Below are positions 32,789 to 44,300 of a DNA stretch of 64,000 nucleotides, piece by piece; position 1 is the first letter of the stretch, and each line of letters begins with the position of its first letter. Position numbers and translations under genes: made by a program. The notes beneath the pieces were generated by a model. That model ran no database searches. It saw only the letters and a list, made by a program, of their open reading frames with translations, and was not told where the DNA came from. Location: assembly GCA_051599415.1 (NCBI GenBank), contig AP039696.1, forward strand, positions 434,001 through 498,000, read 5' to 3'. The DNA comes from Savitreella phatthalungensis (taxonomy: Eukaryota).

Positions 32789-34771
32789 TCATAGTAGAGC
32801 GTCCTCGAGTCCGGTTTTGGGGACACGCTGCGTGTACTCTGTGATACCGCCGTACCGAAGATCTGCATTGCCGACGAAGAGACTGCCTGTGGTTGGACTC
32901 CAGTCGATGCCTGCGACTTCGCCGAAGAAGTCTAGCGTATGCCTTGTACCTGGCTTCTTGAGGTCGTAGATGTGGACAAAGTCTGCGGGTTCTGCAACGG
33001 CGAGGAATCTGCCGCAGGGCGAGAATTTGCATGAACGGATGGCGCCGAGCACGGCCTTGTAGATGTTAAGCGGCCTGACGGTGTTACGCGCATCGTAGAC
33101 GCGCGTTGTCCGGTCCTGCGAGCCTGTCGCGAATGTGTGCCCATCGCTCGACCACGCGCAAGCAAAGCTGTAGTCCCAATGGCCCTCAAGTCGCCGCAGG
33201 ATCTCACCGGTCTCGGCTTCAACGAGCAAGGTATCACACGTGTCGCCCACGACGACCTGCATGCGCCCATCCGTTGAAGTCGCCGAGCAGTTCAGTGCAT
33301 GCTGGAATTTGGTCTCTCGCATGACCTGGAGTCTGTCGATGTCGAGAATGCGCAGATGGTTGTCGTTGGACGAGATGTTGCAGATTCTGCTGCCTGATCG
33401 GGTTGTGCGAGCATCGATGTGGTTCGTGATTCCCATCGTGTCATCTGTGACAATGCCGGCATGCGTTTCGCCTGATCCATGCATCTTGAGGGCGTACTCG
33501 CCAAGGAAGCCACCGACGCAGCTGTATTCTGGCGTGATGGCCATAGACGCGATATTGTACGGTGGACGAGGCAGCCCATCTTCCTTACTCAGCTGCAGCA
33601 CGTCGTTGAAGTTGCGCGAGTACGGGTCGTACCGGCGAACGCGGCAATCGGGCGCTGTGTAGTGTACGCCATGGCCGGAACCTGCAGAGACGAGATTGCG
33701 GAGCTGGAAATGAACGAGTCCGCACTTGTCTCGTGTCTGAGCCAGGCAGAAGTCGACAAATGCTGAAGACGTACCGGCGACATCCGAGCACTCTGTGAAA
33801 CCGCCCTTGTACGGACCGTACCAATTGTAGAAACACTCGTACGTGTCCACGCGATATGATCGAAATTCTGCTCGCGTGTCTCCAGGACCACGCTTCCACC
33901 TGAAGCCTTGTGGGTCGACTCCACGAGCGACGTCATGCGCTGTGATGAAGCACGATTGGCAATCGTCCGTCGCATTGTCCGTGTCGGCAGGGTGATCGAT
34001 GAGACCGTGCATATCGAGCTCCGTCTCGAGTTGAAAGTCCATAAGCTGACCGCCAGCGCGGGCTCGCGTCAAGAGAAGCTGGTCGAGCGCACCTACAAAG
34101 TCAGGTTGTGGACGAAGGAGCTGCATCTCTTCGCGAGATAGCGCAAGGTTCATACGATCGGCTGGTGGATGCCGCAGAGGTAGAACTTCGGCGTCTTCGT
34201 CCCCGCGCCAGTCAGGAGCGGCGCGCTGCAGCCATCTCGCCGCTTCCACCTGATCGCCGGCCGCCCAGGCGCCGCGAGACCCGGGCCCTGGTGACTGAGG
34301 CCGCGTCTCGGCGTTCCCTTGTGCGTCCCAGGCAGTCTGATTCAGGTTGGGCGAGCGTGGCAAAGCTTGCGCGTAACGGTCAGGTGATTGATCCGATATC
34401 CGAATGCGCGATGGCCTGTGGATGTGCCTGCGACCAGGTCGTGCGGTCCTGTCTCCGCGGGCGAGCGCTTCGAGATCTTCTTCCAGAACTTCCATGATGT
34501 CGATGACAGCGTCTCGGATATCTGCCGGGGAAGTCAATGCACGACCGGGATCGTCAGAGTCGCTGTCGTCTATAGCGCCGTCGAAACCCTCGCCACTGGT
34601 GTCAGCTGAAGTTGGCCAAGACGATGAGATTGCCGCGGCAGCAGCTGTGGCAGAAACAAGATCGTCTTGAGTCATGCGGTGTAGTGCAAGCCTGCGCATC
34701 CGAGTGCGCTCCCAGTCAGGCGCAGGCGGTTCTGTGGGATGCGCGCGCGCTGCGCTGTCGTGTGAATTCAT
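32789..34771 (-). CDS. WD40-repeat protein (S. pombe SPBC2A9.03-like; start uncertain)
   Basis: DPQGFRW, VHFQLRNLV, GHWDYSFACAWS, ATGSQDRTTRVYD, AEPADFVHIYD, DFFGEVAGI. Confidence 0.88.
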   Translation of the reverse strand: MNSHDSAARAHPTEPPAPDWERTRMRRLALHRMTQDDLVSATAAAAAISSSWPTSADTSGEGFDGAIDDSDSDDPGRALTSPADIRDAVIDIMEVLEEDLEALARGDRTARPGRRHIHRPSRIRISDQSPDRYAQALPRSPNLNQTAWDAQGNAETRPQSPGPGSRGAWAAGDQVEAARWLQRAAPDWRGDEDAEVLPLRHPPADRMNLALSREEMQLLRPQPDFVGALDQLLLTRARAGGQLMDFQLETELDMHGLIDHPADTDNATDDCQSCFITAHDVARGVDPQGFRWKRGPGDTRAEFRSYRVDTYECFYNWYGPYKGGFTECSDVAGTSSAFVDFCLAQTRDKCGLVHFQLRNLVSAGSGHGVHYTAPDCRVRRYDPYSRNFNDVLQLSKEDGLPRPPYNIASMAITPEYSCVGGFLGEYALKMHGSGETHAGIVTDDTMGITNHIDARTTRSGSRICNISSNDNHLRILDIDRLQVMRETKFQHALNCSATSTDGRMQVVVGDTCDTLLVEAETGEILRRLEGHWDYSFACAWSSDGHTFATGSQDRTTRVYDARNTVRPLNIYKAVLGAIRSCKFSPCGRFLAVAEPADFVHIYDLKKPGTRHTLDFFGEVAGIDWSPTTGSLFVGNADLRYGGITEYTQRVPKTGLEDALL

Positions 34772-35170
34772 AGCTGTCACGTTTGCGCTAGAGATCTCAA
34801 CATGATGAGGAGCTTCAAGAGCTGACAAGAATTGGTAGTGACGATGAATAGATGCTGTGGGATAAAGGTGGACGATATGGTTATAAGGATGTGTTGGATG
34901 GCTGGGTGTAGTTGTGGTGGTTGTGGTTATGGTTATGACTGCATCTGGCATCGAGGTATCACATCTGTCACGTGCTGTACTCAATCCGTAGTAAATTTAT
35001 AGTCAATACAGTCAGACGCAGTCAGTCAGTGAGTGACTTAATCTGGCCAGCGACCTTTCATCCACGTAATGTAAGTATCCAGCATATCACTACATGGGCC
35101 GGTCATCTCTATATGCTGCTCAAACATGTGTCCGGCAGATTGCCCTTGATGCGTTCGGGTGTTCTTCGTG

Positions 35171-35179
35171 CAGCTGCTG

Positions 35180-35214
<35 letters not shown>
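35171..35214. repeat. (GCT/ACT)n trinucleotide microsatellite
   Basis: Directly visible intergenic tract. Confidence 0.8.
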
Positions 35215-35334
35215 CACCGCAAAGGTCATGCATGCGCTATCGCCAGCAGCAACGCGTTTGATGAGATGTATTGGATTAGTGGCTCTCTCACAGATCGTTT
35301 GTTGCGAGCGTGACGACCTGATGATCGGCGCGCA

Positions 35335-35926
35335 TCAGGATCTCTCCGCTGCGTAGTACTTCATTTCGATACCTCCTTGAAGATAGCCGCACTTCTGGTA
35401 AAATGGCACGTTGGCTTCGGAGCAGTCGAGGATGACTTTATAGCATCCGAGCTTATCGGAGGTCGCCATAGCTGTGAGGGTTGTGATGAGCAATTTGCCG
35501 AGTCCTAGCCCTTGAGCTGTGGATCTGACACTGACGTCCTCGATGTGTCCTGCGCGTGCGCCTGCCCTCAGAAACTTGTGCTCTACAAGGAGCGTTGCGG
35601 TCGCTAGAATCTGCGACTCGCGTGTATCTTCGACCACCACGATATAGTAAACCGCAGGTCGACAAGCCTTCATCAGCTCAAACTGCCGCGTGAATACATC
35701 CTTTGTCAGCGCTGACGGGACTAAAGCGTCGAGTACTGTGAGATATCCTGACGAGAAGGTCAGTCGATCTGCGCTCTTGGGAATCGGCTAATCATAGTGT
35801 GGGCGAGATACCGATTTCGTGGTCTGTGGATCGCAGTGGTCGGATCCTCAGATGTTCTGTTCCTGGTCTCCGCACATCCGTCAGAGAGATACCTTCCAAC
35901 AACGATGGATCGAACAGGTCAGTCAT
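35335..35926 (-). CDS. GNA1: glucosamine-6-phosphate N-acetyltransferase; exons 35926-35812, 35747-35335
   Basis: MTDLFDPSL..IRPLRSTD|GYLTVL is restored by intron 35748-35811. Also VEHKFL, GHIEDVSV, QGLGLG, CYKVILDC, FYQKCG. Confidence 0.92.
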
Positions 35927-36075
35927 CCTTGTTGTCTCCAACCGCCTGACAATGTCTTGGCTAAGTAGCGCATCGTTTAGTATTGCGGGGCCGCCGAGGT
36001 CTAAATCAAGGTCGATAGATGCCGCCCACCAGACCTGGAGTGATCAACCGTTGACCCGGGTCCCTGGCTAGCTTG

Positions 36076-36444
36076 ATGGACCCAGTACGGGCAAGATCGC
36101 TGTACAGGAAGTTTCGTCGAGCGGGATTGCAGGCTGTGCGGTATACGTCACCTGGACGCTACATCATGGCTCAGAAACTAGACCGGGCGTTCAGATCAAA
36201 GGACGGGCCTGCGTCAGATGAGGTGATAGCACGGACGTATGACTTTCTTGTGATTGCAGGCACGAGTAAGGGAATCGAGCAGAAGCTCGTCCGAAATCTG
36301 TGCTACGTCGAGTGGTCAAGATGGCATGAGCGGCGCAATCTCTACAAGCTGGAGAAGCCTGGAGATCCTCCGCTCGAAGTGTTTGCTGACTATGAGGAGG
36401 CCATCCAAGAGCTCAATCACAAGCACGGTCTCGCTCTACTATAA
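36076..36444 (+). CDS. small LYR-like mitochondrial protein (DUF1763-like)
   Basis: SLYRKFRRAGLQAVRY..RAFRS, RTYDFL..A...GIEQKLVRNL pattern. Divergent from GNA1 across about 150 bp. Confidence 0.75.
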   Translation: MDPVRARSLYRKFRRAGLQAVRYTSPGRYIMAQKLDRAFRSKDGPASDEVIARTYDFLVIAGTSKGIEQKLVRNLCYVEWSRWHERRNLYKLEKPGDPPLEVFADYEEAIQELNHKHGLALL

Positions 36445-36576
36445 AAGTTCAGAGCTCGATAGCGCCAGTGCCCGAGCGACTATTGCGGTGTGCATTCCAC
36501 TGACGGGACACGGTCTCTACTGTGGCATCATACATACATCATTATATCGTACAGTGTGCGTCTATGCTGTCTTTTT

Positions 36577-38703
36577 CTAGAACTCGAGGTCGCCGGTGGG
36601 GCAGTCTTCAGTGAAGTGGTCGGTATATGCGACACAATTCTCACACCACCTTTCGCCTCTGGCGTTCTGCCTCGGTGGGGTGGTCATCAGGTGGAGAATA
36701 GCTTTGCCGTTGGCGACAGGAGACGATGGTGAGGCGACGGATGAGCCGTCGACGACTTTCGCACACGAAAGGATATCGTGACCTTCCTCGTTGCAGAACT
36801 CACACCTGTTGGTGTTGTCCCGATTACCACCATTCGGTCTGGTCTCGGTCTTGGTCTTTCCATTGACGTCCGTGGCGATCGAGAGCTTCACTGGGGAGAG
36901 GTCATCGATGCGAGTCGCCGAAGACGAGGGCTTGTCGCCAAGCACAGTTCTCTCCAGAACTTGCTCGAGCTGGAGGTATTCCTTCTCAAGGTTAGCTCGT
37001 GCCTTGCGCTCTCTCTCGAGCTCAGCACGCAATTTGCCGACCTCAGTCGAGTCTACCGGAGCGCTTGCTTTGCTGCTAAGGTCTGCTTGCAAAGCTTTCA
37101 TGTGAGTCTCAACGTCGGACTTGTCCTTATTTAGCTGTGCGTTCTCCGCGCGAAGTGTGATGAGCTCTTGCTTCATGCGCTGGAGCTCATCATTTGCAGA
37201 TGCTTCGCTCGCATTGCGCTCTTCCCCGGCAATCGTCATCCTGGCAAGCTCGTCAAGCAACCTGTCATTCTCCCTCTCGAGATCGGCAATTCGCGACTGA
37301 GCCTCGTCCACACGAGTCCTCGAATCGTCCGAGGCGACCTGCAGGTCCCTGCACATGGCCTCGAGCTGTGAGAGTTGTGCTAATGTCTCTTCAGCGTCAA
37401 TGGCTGGCTGCGAGACGGCGGCGGCCGCGGCTGCGCGTTCGGCAGCTAGAGAGGCTTCAAGCTCATCGTGCTTCCGCTCGAGCTCTGTCAGCTGGCGTTC
37501 GTGGAAGGTGCGGAGGGCATCGATCGTCTCCTGCTGGTGAGACGTCACTGCGCGGAATTCGTCCCTACGTGCGTCAGCCTCCCGTCGAAGGGTCTCGATG
37601 CTGGCATCTCGCTCAGCCACACGGGCTTGCAATTGTTCCGCCTCCTGCTGCCGACCGGCATGATTGTCCTCGTCTGACGCATCGAGTCGGCGTTGTCGAA
37701 GAAGCTTGCGTAATTCGGCAACAGCTTCCTTCAGATCCTCCATTTCCTGCGCTTGCAAAGCCCGAACTTGTCGAAGGTCTGCGATACGGGTCGTGTGGTC
37801 TTCAAGCTCGATCCGCAAGCGAGCGTTCTCGTTTAGGACATGCTGATGGGCTGCAGGTGTGAATGCACCGGCAATCGCACTGGCCGAGCCATTCGATGGC
37901 AGCTGCAGATCCTGTGAGCTGAGTGACGACGTCGAAAGCACGCGTCGGCCAGACTGCTTTGCGGCTGTGGCATCATTCAGCTGCGTGTTTTCTCCTGGAG
38001 GTGGGGAGGTCGTGTTGCCGGAGATCGACCGCATGCGCGAGTTGGGTCTGATGTGCAACGTGCGTGATGTTGACCGCGATCCCGTAGATGCACCGAGATC
38101 GATCGGTGGCATCCTCGCCGAGTGGCGTGAATCAACAGACGTGCGACGCGAGTAGGTAAGTGGAGGCGGTGACATGATACCACCATCTGACGCATTTGAC
38201 TGTTGTTGTGGGTGATCTAGAGGCGTGATCACCCTGCATCGACCCTGCGGCACGAACAACCCGCTAGTCGGACCACGCGTATCAAAGTAGCGTTTACCTT
38301 TATATGAACCATCGTTGCGGCCTTTGTCCTTGTCATGCTCAGTCAAGTCGACGCCGAGATAGAGCCCATCGCGTCCTTCTACCTTGCCAGCAAAGCAGAC
38401 AATGCCATGGAAACCACCAGGCACTTCGACTGTATCGCCGAGCACAGCTGCTGGTAGTGCTACCGGTGGCTGGCCGAAACTGACAAAGCCCAGGGATTCG
38501 CGCTTTGTGTGAAATGGCTGTGTAGGTGTCCCGGTCAAGCTGTCGCGACCTCTGAACGGCGTGTGACTTGGACGTGGTGATTTGAAACCTGAAGAAGCTG
38601 TCATGGAAGAGGCACTAGGACGTGTCAAAGGAGGTGCCATAGGTTGACGGCTGCGCTGAGCGTCAGAGTCTGAGCCTGTACCTAGACTCTGACGAGGCAG
38701 CAT
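36577..38703 (-). CDS. CAP-Gly microtubule plus-end protein (CLIP-170/Tip1/Bik1-like)
   Basis: CAP-Gly GRNDGSYKGKRYF, long coiled coil, two C-terminal CCHC knuckles and a terminal LEF. Confidence 0.9.
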   Translation of the reverse strand: MLPRQSLGTGSDSDAQRSRQPMAPPLTRPSASSMTASSGFKSPRPSHTPFRGRDSLTGTPTQPFHTKRESLGFVSFGQPPVALPAAVLGDTVEVPGGFHGIVCFAGKVEGRDGLYLGVDLTEHDKDKGRNDGSYKGKRYFDTRGPTSGLFVPQGRCRVITPLDHPQQQSNASDGGIMSPPPLTYSRRTSVDSRHSARMPPIDLGASTGSRSTSRTLHIRPNSRMRSISGNTTSPPPGENTQLNDATAAKQSGRRVLSTSSLSSQDLQLPSNGSASAIAGAFTPAAHQHVLNENARLRIELEDHTTRIADLRQVRALQAQEMEDLKEAVAELRKLLRQRRLDASDEDNHAGRQQEAEQLQARVAERDASIETLRREADARRDEFRAVTSHQQETIDALRTFHERQLTELERKHDELEASLAAERAAAAAAVSQPAIDAEETLAQLSQLEAMCRDLQVASDDSRTRVDEAQSRIADLERENDRLLDELARMTIAGEERNASEASANDELQRMKQELITLRAENAQLNKDKSDVETHMKALQADLSSKASAPVDSTEVGKLRAELERERKARANLEKEYLQLEQVLERTVLGDKPSSSATRIDDLSPVKLSIATDVNGKTKTETRPNGGNRDNTNRCEFCNEEGHDILSCAKVVDGSSVASPSSPVANGKAILHLMTTPPRQNARGERWCENCVAYTDHFTEDCPTGDLEF

Positions 38704-39236
38704 GACTTTCAGATGGATTTCCGCACCAGATCAGACTTGCTGTCGAAGAACGTCTATGTGGAGTTGTGTTGTGGTTTGCCTAATGGTTGCTTGTGTATAC
38801 TTCGTGACCACATATATTCATATATGTGTGCATGTATACGTCCGTTGACAATTGACCTTTGCTGCGTGCATTCGATTCATTCGATCGACTAGCTTAGTTT
38901 GTTCTTTTGATTCTTCTTATGATAATATTCAATTAACTTCAGCATTTCTGGCTTCAGTCAACCCGATGAGTGCATGGTGGAAGGGAGATTGATGTTATAG
39001 TAATTAAATTAATTACAAGTTTAAGCGCATTTATAGCTGGCTGTTTTACACAGGTTTCGCCTCATTTGTACGTACGCACAATCACATGCCAGACACATCT
39101 CGGGCAATGTTGATTCAACATGCATTTGTAGAAGGTACGCACACAAAGGATACCTGGTCCCCGTATATAACGTGCTCATATATACATCAGTTCATGCTAT
39201 ATCATCCGTGTGTGAATGGTTATGCTCGATGCGAGG

Positions 39237-40571
39237 CTATGCGGATGAGCCTTTGCCGACGATATCCTCCCACTTGCGGCCTCGTAGTTCTGTGAGAAGC
39301 TCATCCTTGATCCGTCGCGGGAATCTGACACCATCGTATCCGAAGCCAGTGTACGCTTGCACGAACGATGCTCCGGCCAACCCGTACTCTAGCACGTCTC
39401 GCCCGGTCGATACACCGCCGCAAGCCACGAGAACGACTTTGCCATCGGTCGCTTTCCGCATGGCCCTGAGCGCTTTCATCGTCAGCGGCTTCACTGGCGG
39501 ACCGGACAGACCGCCTGTTTGCGAGATGTTCTCGTGAGGCGTCAGACTTTGAGGGCGTGAGATGGTGGTGTTGGAGATGATGCAGCCGTCGACACGTGCT
39601 TCAGTAATGCTCTTCGCGATGCTCGTGATCTCCTCTTCATCCAGGTCAGGTGCAATCTTGACGCAGACAGGCGTTCGCGGGACGTGCTGATCACGTGCCT
39701 CGACGACGGCTTTGAGCAGACGTTTTAGAGCGTCTCCATGCTGGAGCTGGCGTAGTCCTGGCGTGTTTGGCGATGACACGTTGACGACGAGCACATCAGC
39801 GTACTTACCCAAGTTCCTGACTCCTGCAACATAGTCCTCAACTTCGTCACCATTTTTGTTCTTTCCCAGATTCACAGCGAGCACTTTGCCCTGACGAAGT
39901 GACTTTGGAAGGCCTGTGGCGTCGAGCACGCTCGAAATGTCGGCTGCTTTGGCGAGCTGCGTAGCCAGTGCGTCGGTTGAGGGCGCAGATTGGAAAAGGG
40001 CGTGCTGGATACGACTACGAAGCCGCAGCCCGACGACTCGATGACCATCAGAGTTGAAGCCGTACCGGTTGATGGCCGCTCTATCATCCGGCAATCTGAA
40101 GTACCGGGGCTTCTCGTTGCCTGGCTGCGGTAGTGGTGTGACGGATCCGATCTCTACATAACCAAAGCCAAGGTCAAACAAGCCATCAATTCCTTCTGCC
40201 TGCTTGTCTAGACCTGCAGCAAGACCGATTGGGTTGCTGAACTGTCGACCCCAGAGTGTGAATGCAAGACTCTCGTCGTCCGGAACTGGATCTTTTGGTG
40301 TCAATCCTAGCGCAAGTGCCTTGACTGCGAGATTATGAGCGGTCTCTGGATCTGTGAAGTTGCGCATGATGGGCATGGCAATGTACGTGTGAATACCTGC
40401 ACGTGAATCACTGTAGTAGTAGAGTCCAAGGCCCAGACCTGAGACTGTGACAAGTGTATAGAAGCCATTCCGTAGACGCTGCCTGATTGGATGTTCGTAG
40501 CGTGAATTGAACAGTGATCGAGTCAAAGCTGGTGTAGACCGACCTAGATGGCCTGTGGATCTGGAGAACAT
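39237..40571 (-). CDS. URA9: dihydroorotate dehydrogenase (quinone), class 2, mitochondrial
   Basis: DPETAH, NPIGLAAGLDK, EIGSVTPLPQPGN, INRYGFNS, NVSSPNTPGLR, GGLSG. Confidence 0.97.
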   Translation of the reverse strand: MFSRSTGHLGRSTPALTRSLFNSRYEHPIRQRLRNGFYTLVTVSGLGLGLYYYSDSRAGIHTYIAMPIMRNFTDPETAHNLAVKALALGLTPKDPVPDDESLAFTLWGRQFSNPIGLAAGLDKQAEGIDGLFDLGFGYVEIGSVTPLPQPGNEKPRYFRLPDDRAAINRYGFNSDGHRVVGLRLRSRIQHALFQSAPSTDALATQLAKAADISSVLDATGLPKSLRQGKVLAVNLGKNKNGDEVEDYVAGVRNLGKYADVLVVNVSSPNTPGLRQLQHGDALKRLLKAVVEARDQHVPRTPVCVKIAPDLDEEEITSIAKSITEARVDGCIISNTTISRPQSLTPHENISQTGGLSGPPVKPLTMKALRAMRKATDGKVVLVACGGVSTGRDVLEYGLAGASFVQAYTGFGYDGVRFPRRIKDELLTELRGRKWEDIVGKGSSA

Positions 40572-40967
40572 GTTCGGAGGAATAGGTATTCGAGTACACG
40601 TTCACAGATGAGCAGCACAATGTTACAATGGCCGGAGTGACTCTTGAGAGACCGCTGGAAAAACGCTGCAAAGAGGATCACAGGGAGAGATACTCTGAAT
40701 CGAAGCCGTTGTCTAGATCCTTGACCTTTCTACAGCTTGCAAAGAGACAACTTGGCTGTAGAGTCTAATAGTTTACAACTATAGCAAGCAGCTGAATCAA
40801 TATATTATGTTGTCGATCGTGATCACGTGGAGATGTACTACGCGTGTCTCTTCTGCTACAGTACTCTGAACCTGTTTCTGTGCATTCAACTGAGTTCGAG
40901 TGGAGTGGAAATACAGATGAATGCAGTCAGAACACCCTGCGGCCAGGTAAAAAGGCTCACACAAACG

Positions 40968-41089
40968 CGTTCGAGCACTTCATCAAATTCGAGTGAAGTT
41001 CTCGAGCAATATCGTATTGCACGTACGCACGTTCGAGCACTTCATCAAATTCGAGTGAAGTTCTCGAGCAATATCGTATTGCACGTACG
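40968..41089. repeat. perfect 60-bp direct tandem duplication (period 62)
   Basis: 40968-41027 is identical to 41030-41089 (cgttcgagcacttcatc...gcacgtacg). Confidence 0.95.
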
Positions 41090-41365
41090 TACGTGTGAAT
41101 GCACCGAATGCACGATGATTTTGATCAGACTGAATTTCATCCACACAAAAGGAAAAACACGAAAACACCTTTTGACCATATGTTAAATGGATGCACGTAT
41201 TATACGTCTCTATGTACTGTACCAAACAACCTAGTGTCAGTCAAGTGAGTCAGCCTAGACAACAAACAGACTCAATCTTCCTCTCTTACTTCTCATCTTC
41301 CTCATAAGACGACAGCAGAGACACTTTGATCGGATGAAGTCGTAGTTTCAACCGGAGCGCTTGTC

Positions 41366-44300
41366 ATGCAGGAGCTTATAGATCCATCAACTGATCCTCC
41401 AGATAGACTTCTGCACGACCATCCACAAACCGAGGACTTGCACAATCAGTCCTCACGTTTATATGCATCTCCACCAGCACAGATTCACGCATCATCAGCA
41501 GCTCGAGCAAGGAGTCAAACAAAACCAACGGACTCAGTAGAAGCAACAGTGTCAGCCGCAGATGGTGGTCGTGCGACAAAGCGCCAGCGGCTACTGGATG
41601 GCTTCAACGCACAATTGGCTAAGCGCCGACAGCAGAAGAGCCGCGAACCTCGTGCGAACAGCCAACAATCGCAAGGACGCGCTCTAGCGCCGGCATTCCA
41701 GCTTGCAGAGACAGTCTCAAAGGTAGGTCGTGCGACGGGGCCAGCGGCAGATTCAGAGACACGTCAAAACGTCTCGCACGTCTCTACACATCGTCAGGAA
41801 GAGAGACGAACGCAGCTAGACATACTCACAGCCATGGCAATGCCGCCTCCTCCGATACTCCCGCGCGACAGGCCAGTGCCTCACAATTCTTTCTATCGCG
41901 GCCTCTCCTTATCACCCTCTCCAGGCGCCGGCAGCTGGCGTCCTCCGAATCCTCTTTTCACAGCGTACGGGCAGATACCAGGCCCTTCCACCGCTAGAGA
42001 GCCTCGCAGTCGTGAGCTTGAAGAAGCACAGAGGCTGTCGTCAAATCGCTTCAAAGATCGAATGGAAGACATCTTTAATCGCTATTCCAAAGATCTTACA
42101 GGCGTGTCAGACGAGATCGACATACGCACCGGCAAGCTCATCGTCGACAATGGTCATCTCGAGACGCTTGACGACGTCGCTGATGAGGACGAAGAAGACG
42201 AAGACGACCACAGACCAAAAACGCCGAGGGATCCTTCCACACCAGCTCCAATCGGTGAAGAAGACGAGAGCTTCACGGACGAAGAGGACGGCCTCGATGA
42301 CGACCTCAACGAGGATGTCCTTGACTTCCTTCGTACGCCGTCAAAGATGGCTCCAAGCTGGATACAGGAACCAGAACACCGGCAGCCGCCACCCGCAAAT
42401 GGGTTCATACCACATCCCGTACAGCCGCTCATGCCCAACATGATGCCTTCTCATTGGGCATCACTACCGATCCCGAACAGCAACATGGCATCTCACGCGA
42501 CGCTACCTTCTGAGGACGAACTTCGAAAACAATTCGGCGACTCCGCTCCTGCGGTACTCGCCCTGCTCAAACAACAGCAGCTGCAGCAGCATCAAAGCAA
42601 GAATGACGCTCAGACTCTTGCAGCGGTGCTACAACAGCAAGCTATGCAAGTTCTGATGAATCCTTATGCATTCATGGGTCAAGCCGTTGCAGGTCTATCC
42701 GCCATGCCCGGTGCGATGGCACCCCCGATGCCCGTGCCAATGCCTCCGCCGATGGCTCCGCCTGCTCGCCAGCCGACCTTCCGCGACAACGCAACACCGA
42801 CACCAGTAGACGTCCGTGGAGTGCCGCTTCGGAGTGTACTGATGGGAAATGAGACGCCAAAACGTCAACGAGGCGTGCTACAGCGTGGCCTGAAGAAGAA
42901 TTCTACGGCTGCACTGCAGACAATCATTGAACGACCACCGAAGACACCAGGGAGGGAGAGCTCTGAATCTGAGGCAGACGAGTTGTCTATGGACCATGAA
43001 AGCTTCGGTTTCGAGCCACCGAGTGACGATTTTGAGCCAGTCGAACAGAGCACGCCAAATGCTAGAAGAATTACCTATGCGCCACTCGATCAAGCAGCTA
43101 TGGAAAATCTCAAGCGATCAATCATTCGCCGGAGAGTTTCGCGTCAGTGGCTGCGTAAGAGTCTTCGTGGTTTACAGAAACGCGGCCATGCGCCCGTTTC
43201 TAATGACAAACAGAATGAAGCCAAAGCCGTCGTCCAGCAGAGCGCCAGAATATGGTCTGTGACAGATACAATGTCTCCGTCACCCGATGAGTCATTCGAT
43301 TCTGACACGATCACTCCTGACAGGGATGACCAAGTAGATGATGCTGATCGGCAAAAGCGCAAGTACAATAAGAAAGCGGCTCGATGGTACTTGCCTGATG
43401 GCCGTCTCAAGGGCGAAGTCGCGAGGGCGGAGATGGAGGAAAGGCGACAGAAGCGCAATGAGCGGAAAGCACTTAAGCAGGCAAAACAACAGGCTCGTTT
43501 GGAGAAGCGTGAACTTCGTGCTGTCGGAATGCTGCCCAAACGACTGCGGAATTACGGGCCCGTGATTGACCCGGAAACCGGAGAGGTCATCAGAGAACGA
43601 CGTCAGACAGGCATGCACCAATTCCGCGGACCGGCCAGTCAAGCTCTATATGATGCACTCTTCGTGGCAAAGACTCCCGAAGAAATCGCTAAAGAGCAAG
43701 AAGAGCGGGAGAAGACCTCTGAAGTCTTTACGGAGGCTATGAAGAGCCTGCCAGAAGGAGTCTGGACGGAATGTGCACCGCTCGTCCCGGCGCCAATCAT
43801 GCCAGACAGTCAAATTATGCGCTCCAACAAGGCAGTCGGAAACCTGAAGCGCGTGTACGCCGGCTACGGCGAAGGAGTCGAGAGAGCGAGTGCCACCGCA
43901 GCCACCCTCGCCATCCAGGCCGGAAGACATTTCACCGCAGTCTGTATGGCAATCGCCCCAGAGTCAGTCCCGTGGTCGAAGAGACCAAAACGGAGCTATG
44001 TCCGTAGAAAGCCTCTCAGTGAAAGACGAATCAGTAAGAAGGCAGCCACGAACGATGGAGAACAGGACGCTGTGGCAACAGAAGCAGAAGCAGAAGTCCA
44101 AATCGATCCAGAGGACGAACGCGAAGCGGTACGCGACGAGTCGGACGAGGATGTGGACCCCGCTACTCCTGCTGCCACCGCGAATGCGCCTGCATCGACT
44201 TCAGCATTAGCAGCTCTGAGGTCGCGCAAGCACGTCCCACGCGCGCGATCGAAGCTTTCCAGCTTCGTCGTGACCGTAGACGACCTGGGCTGTGACCGGG

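Noticed and set aside
40968..41089. CRISPR-like array
   Set aside because: There are only two adjacent units with no spacers, the context is eukaryotic and there are no cas genes.
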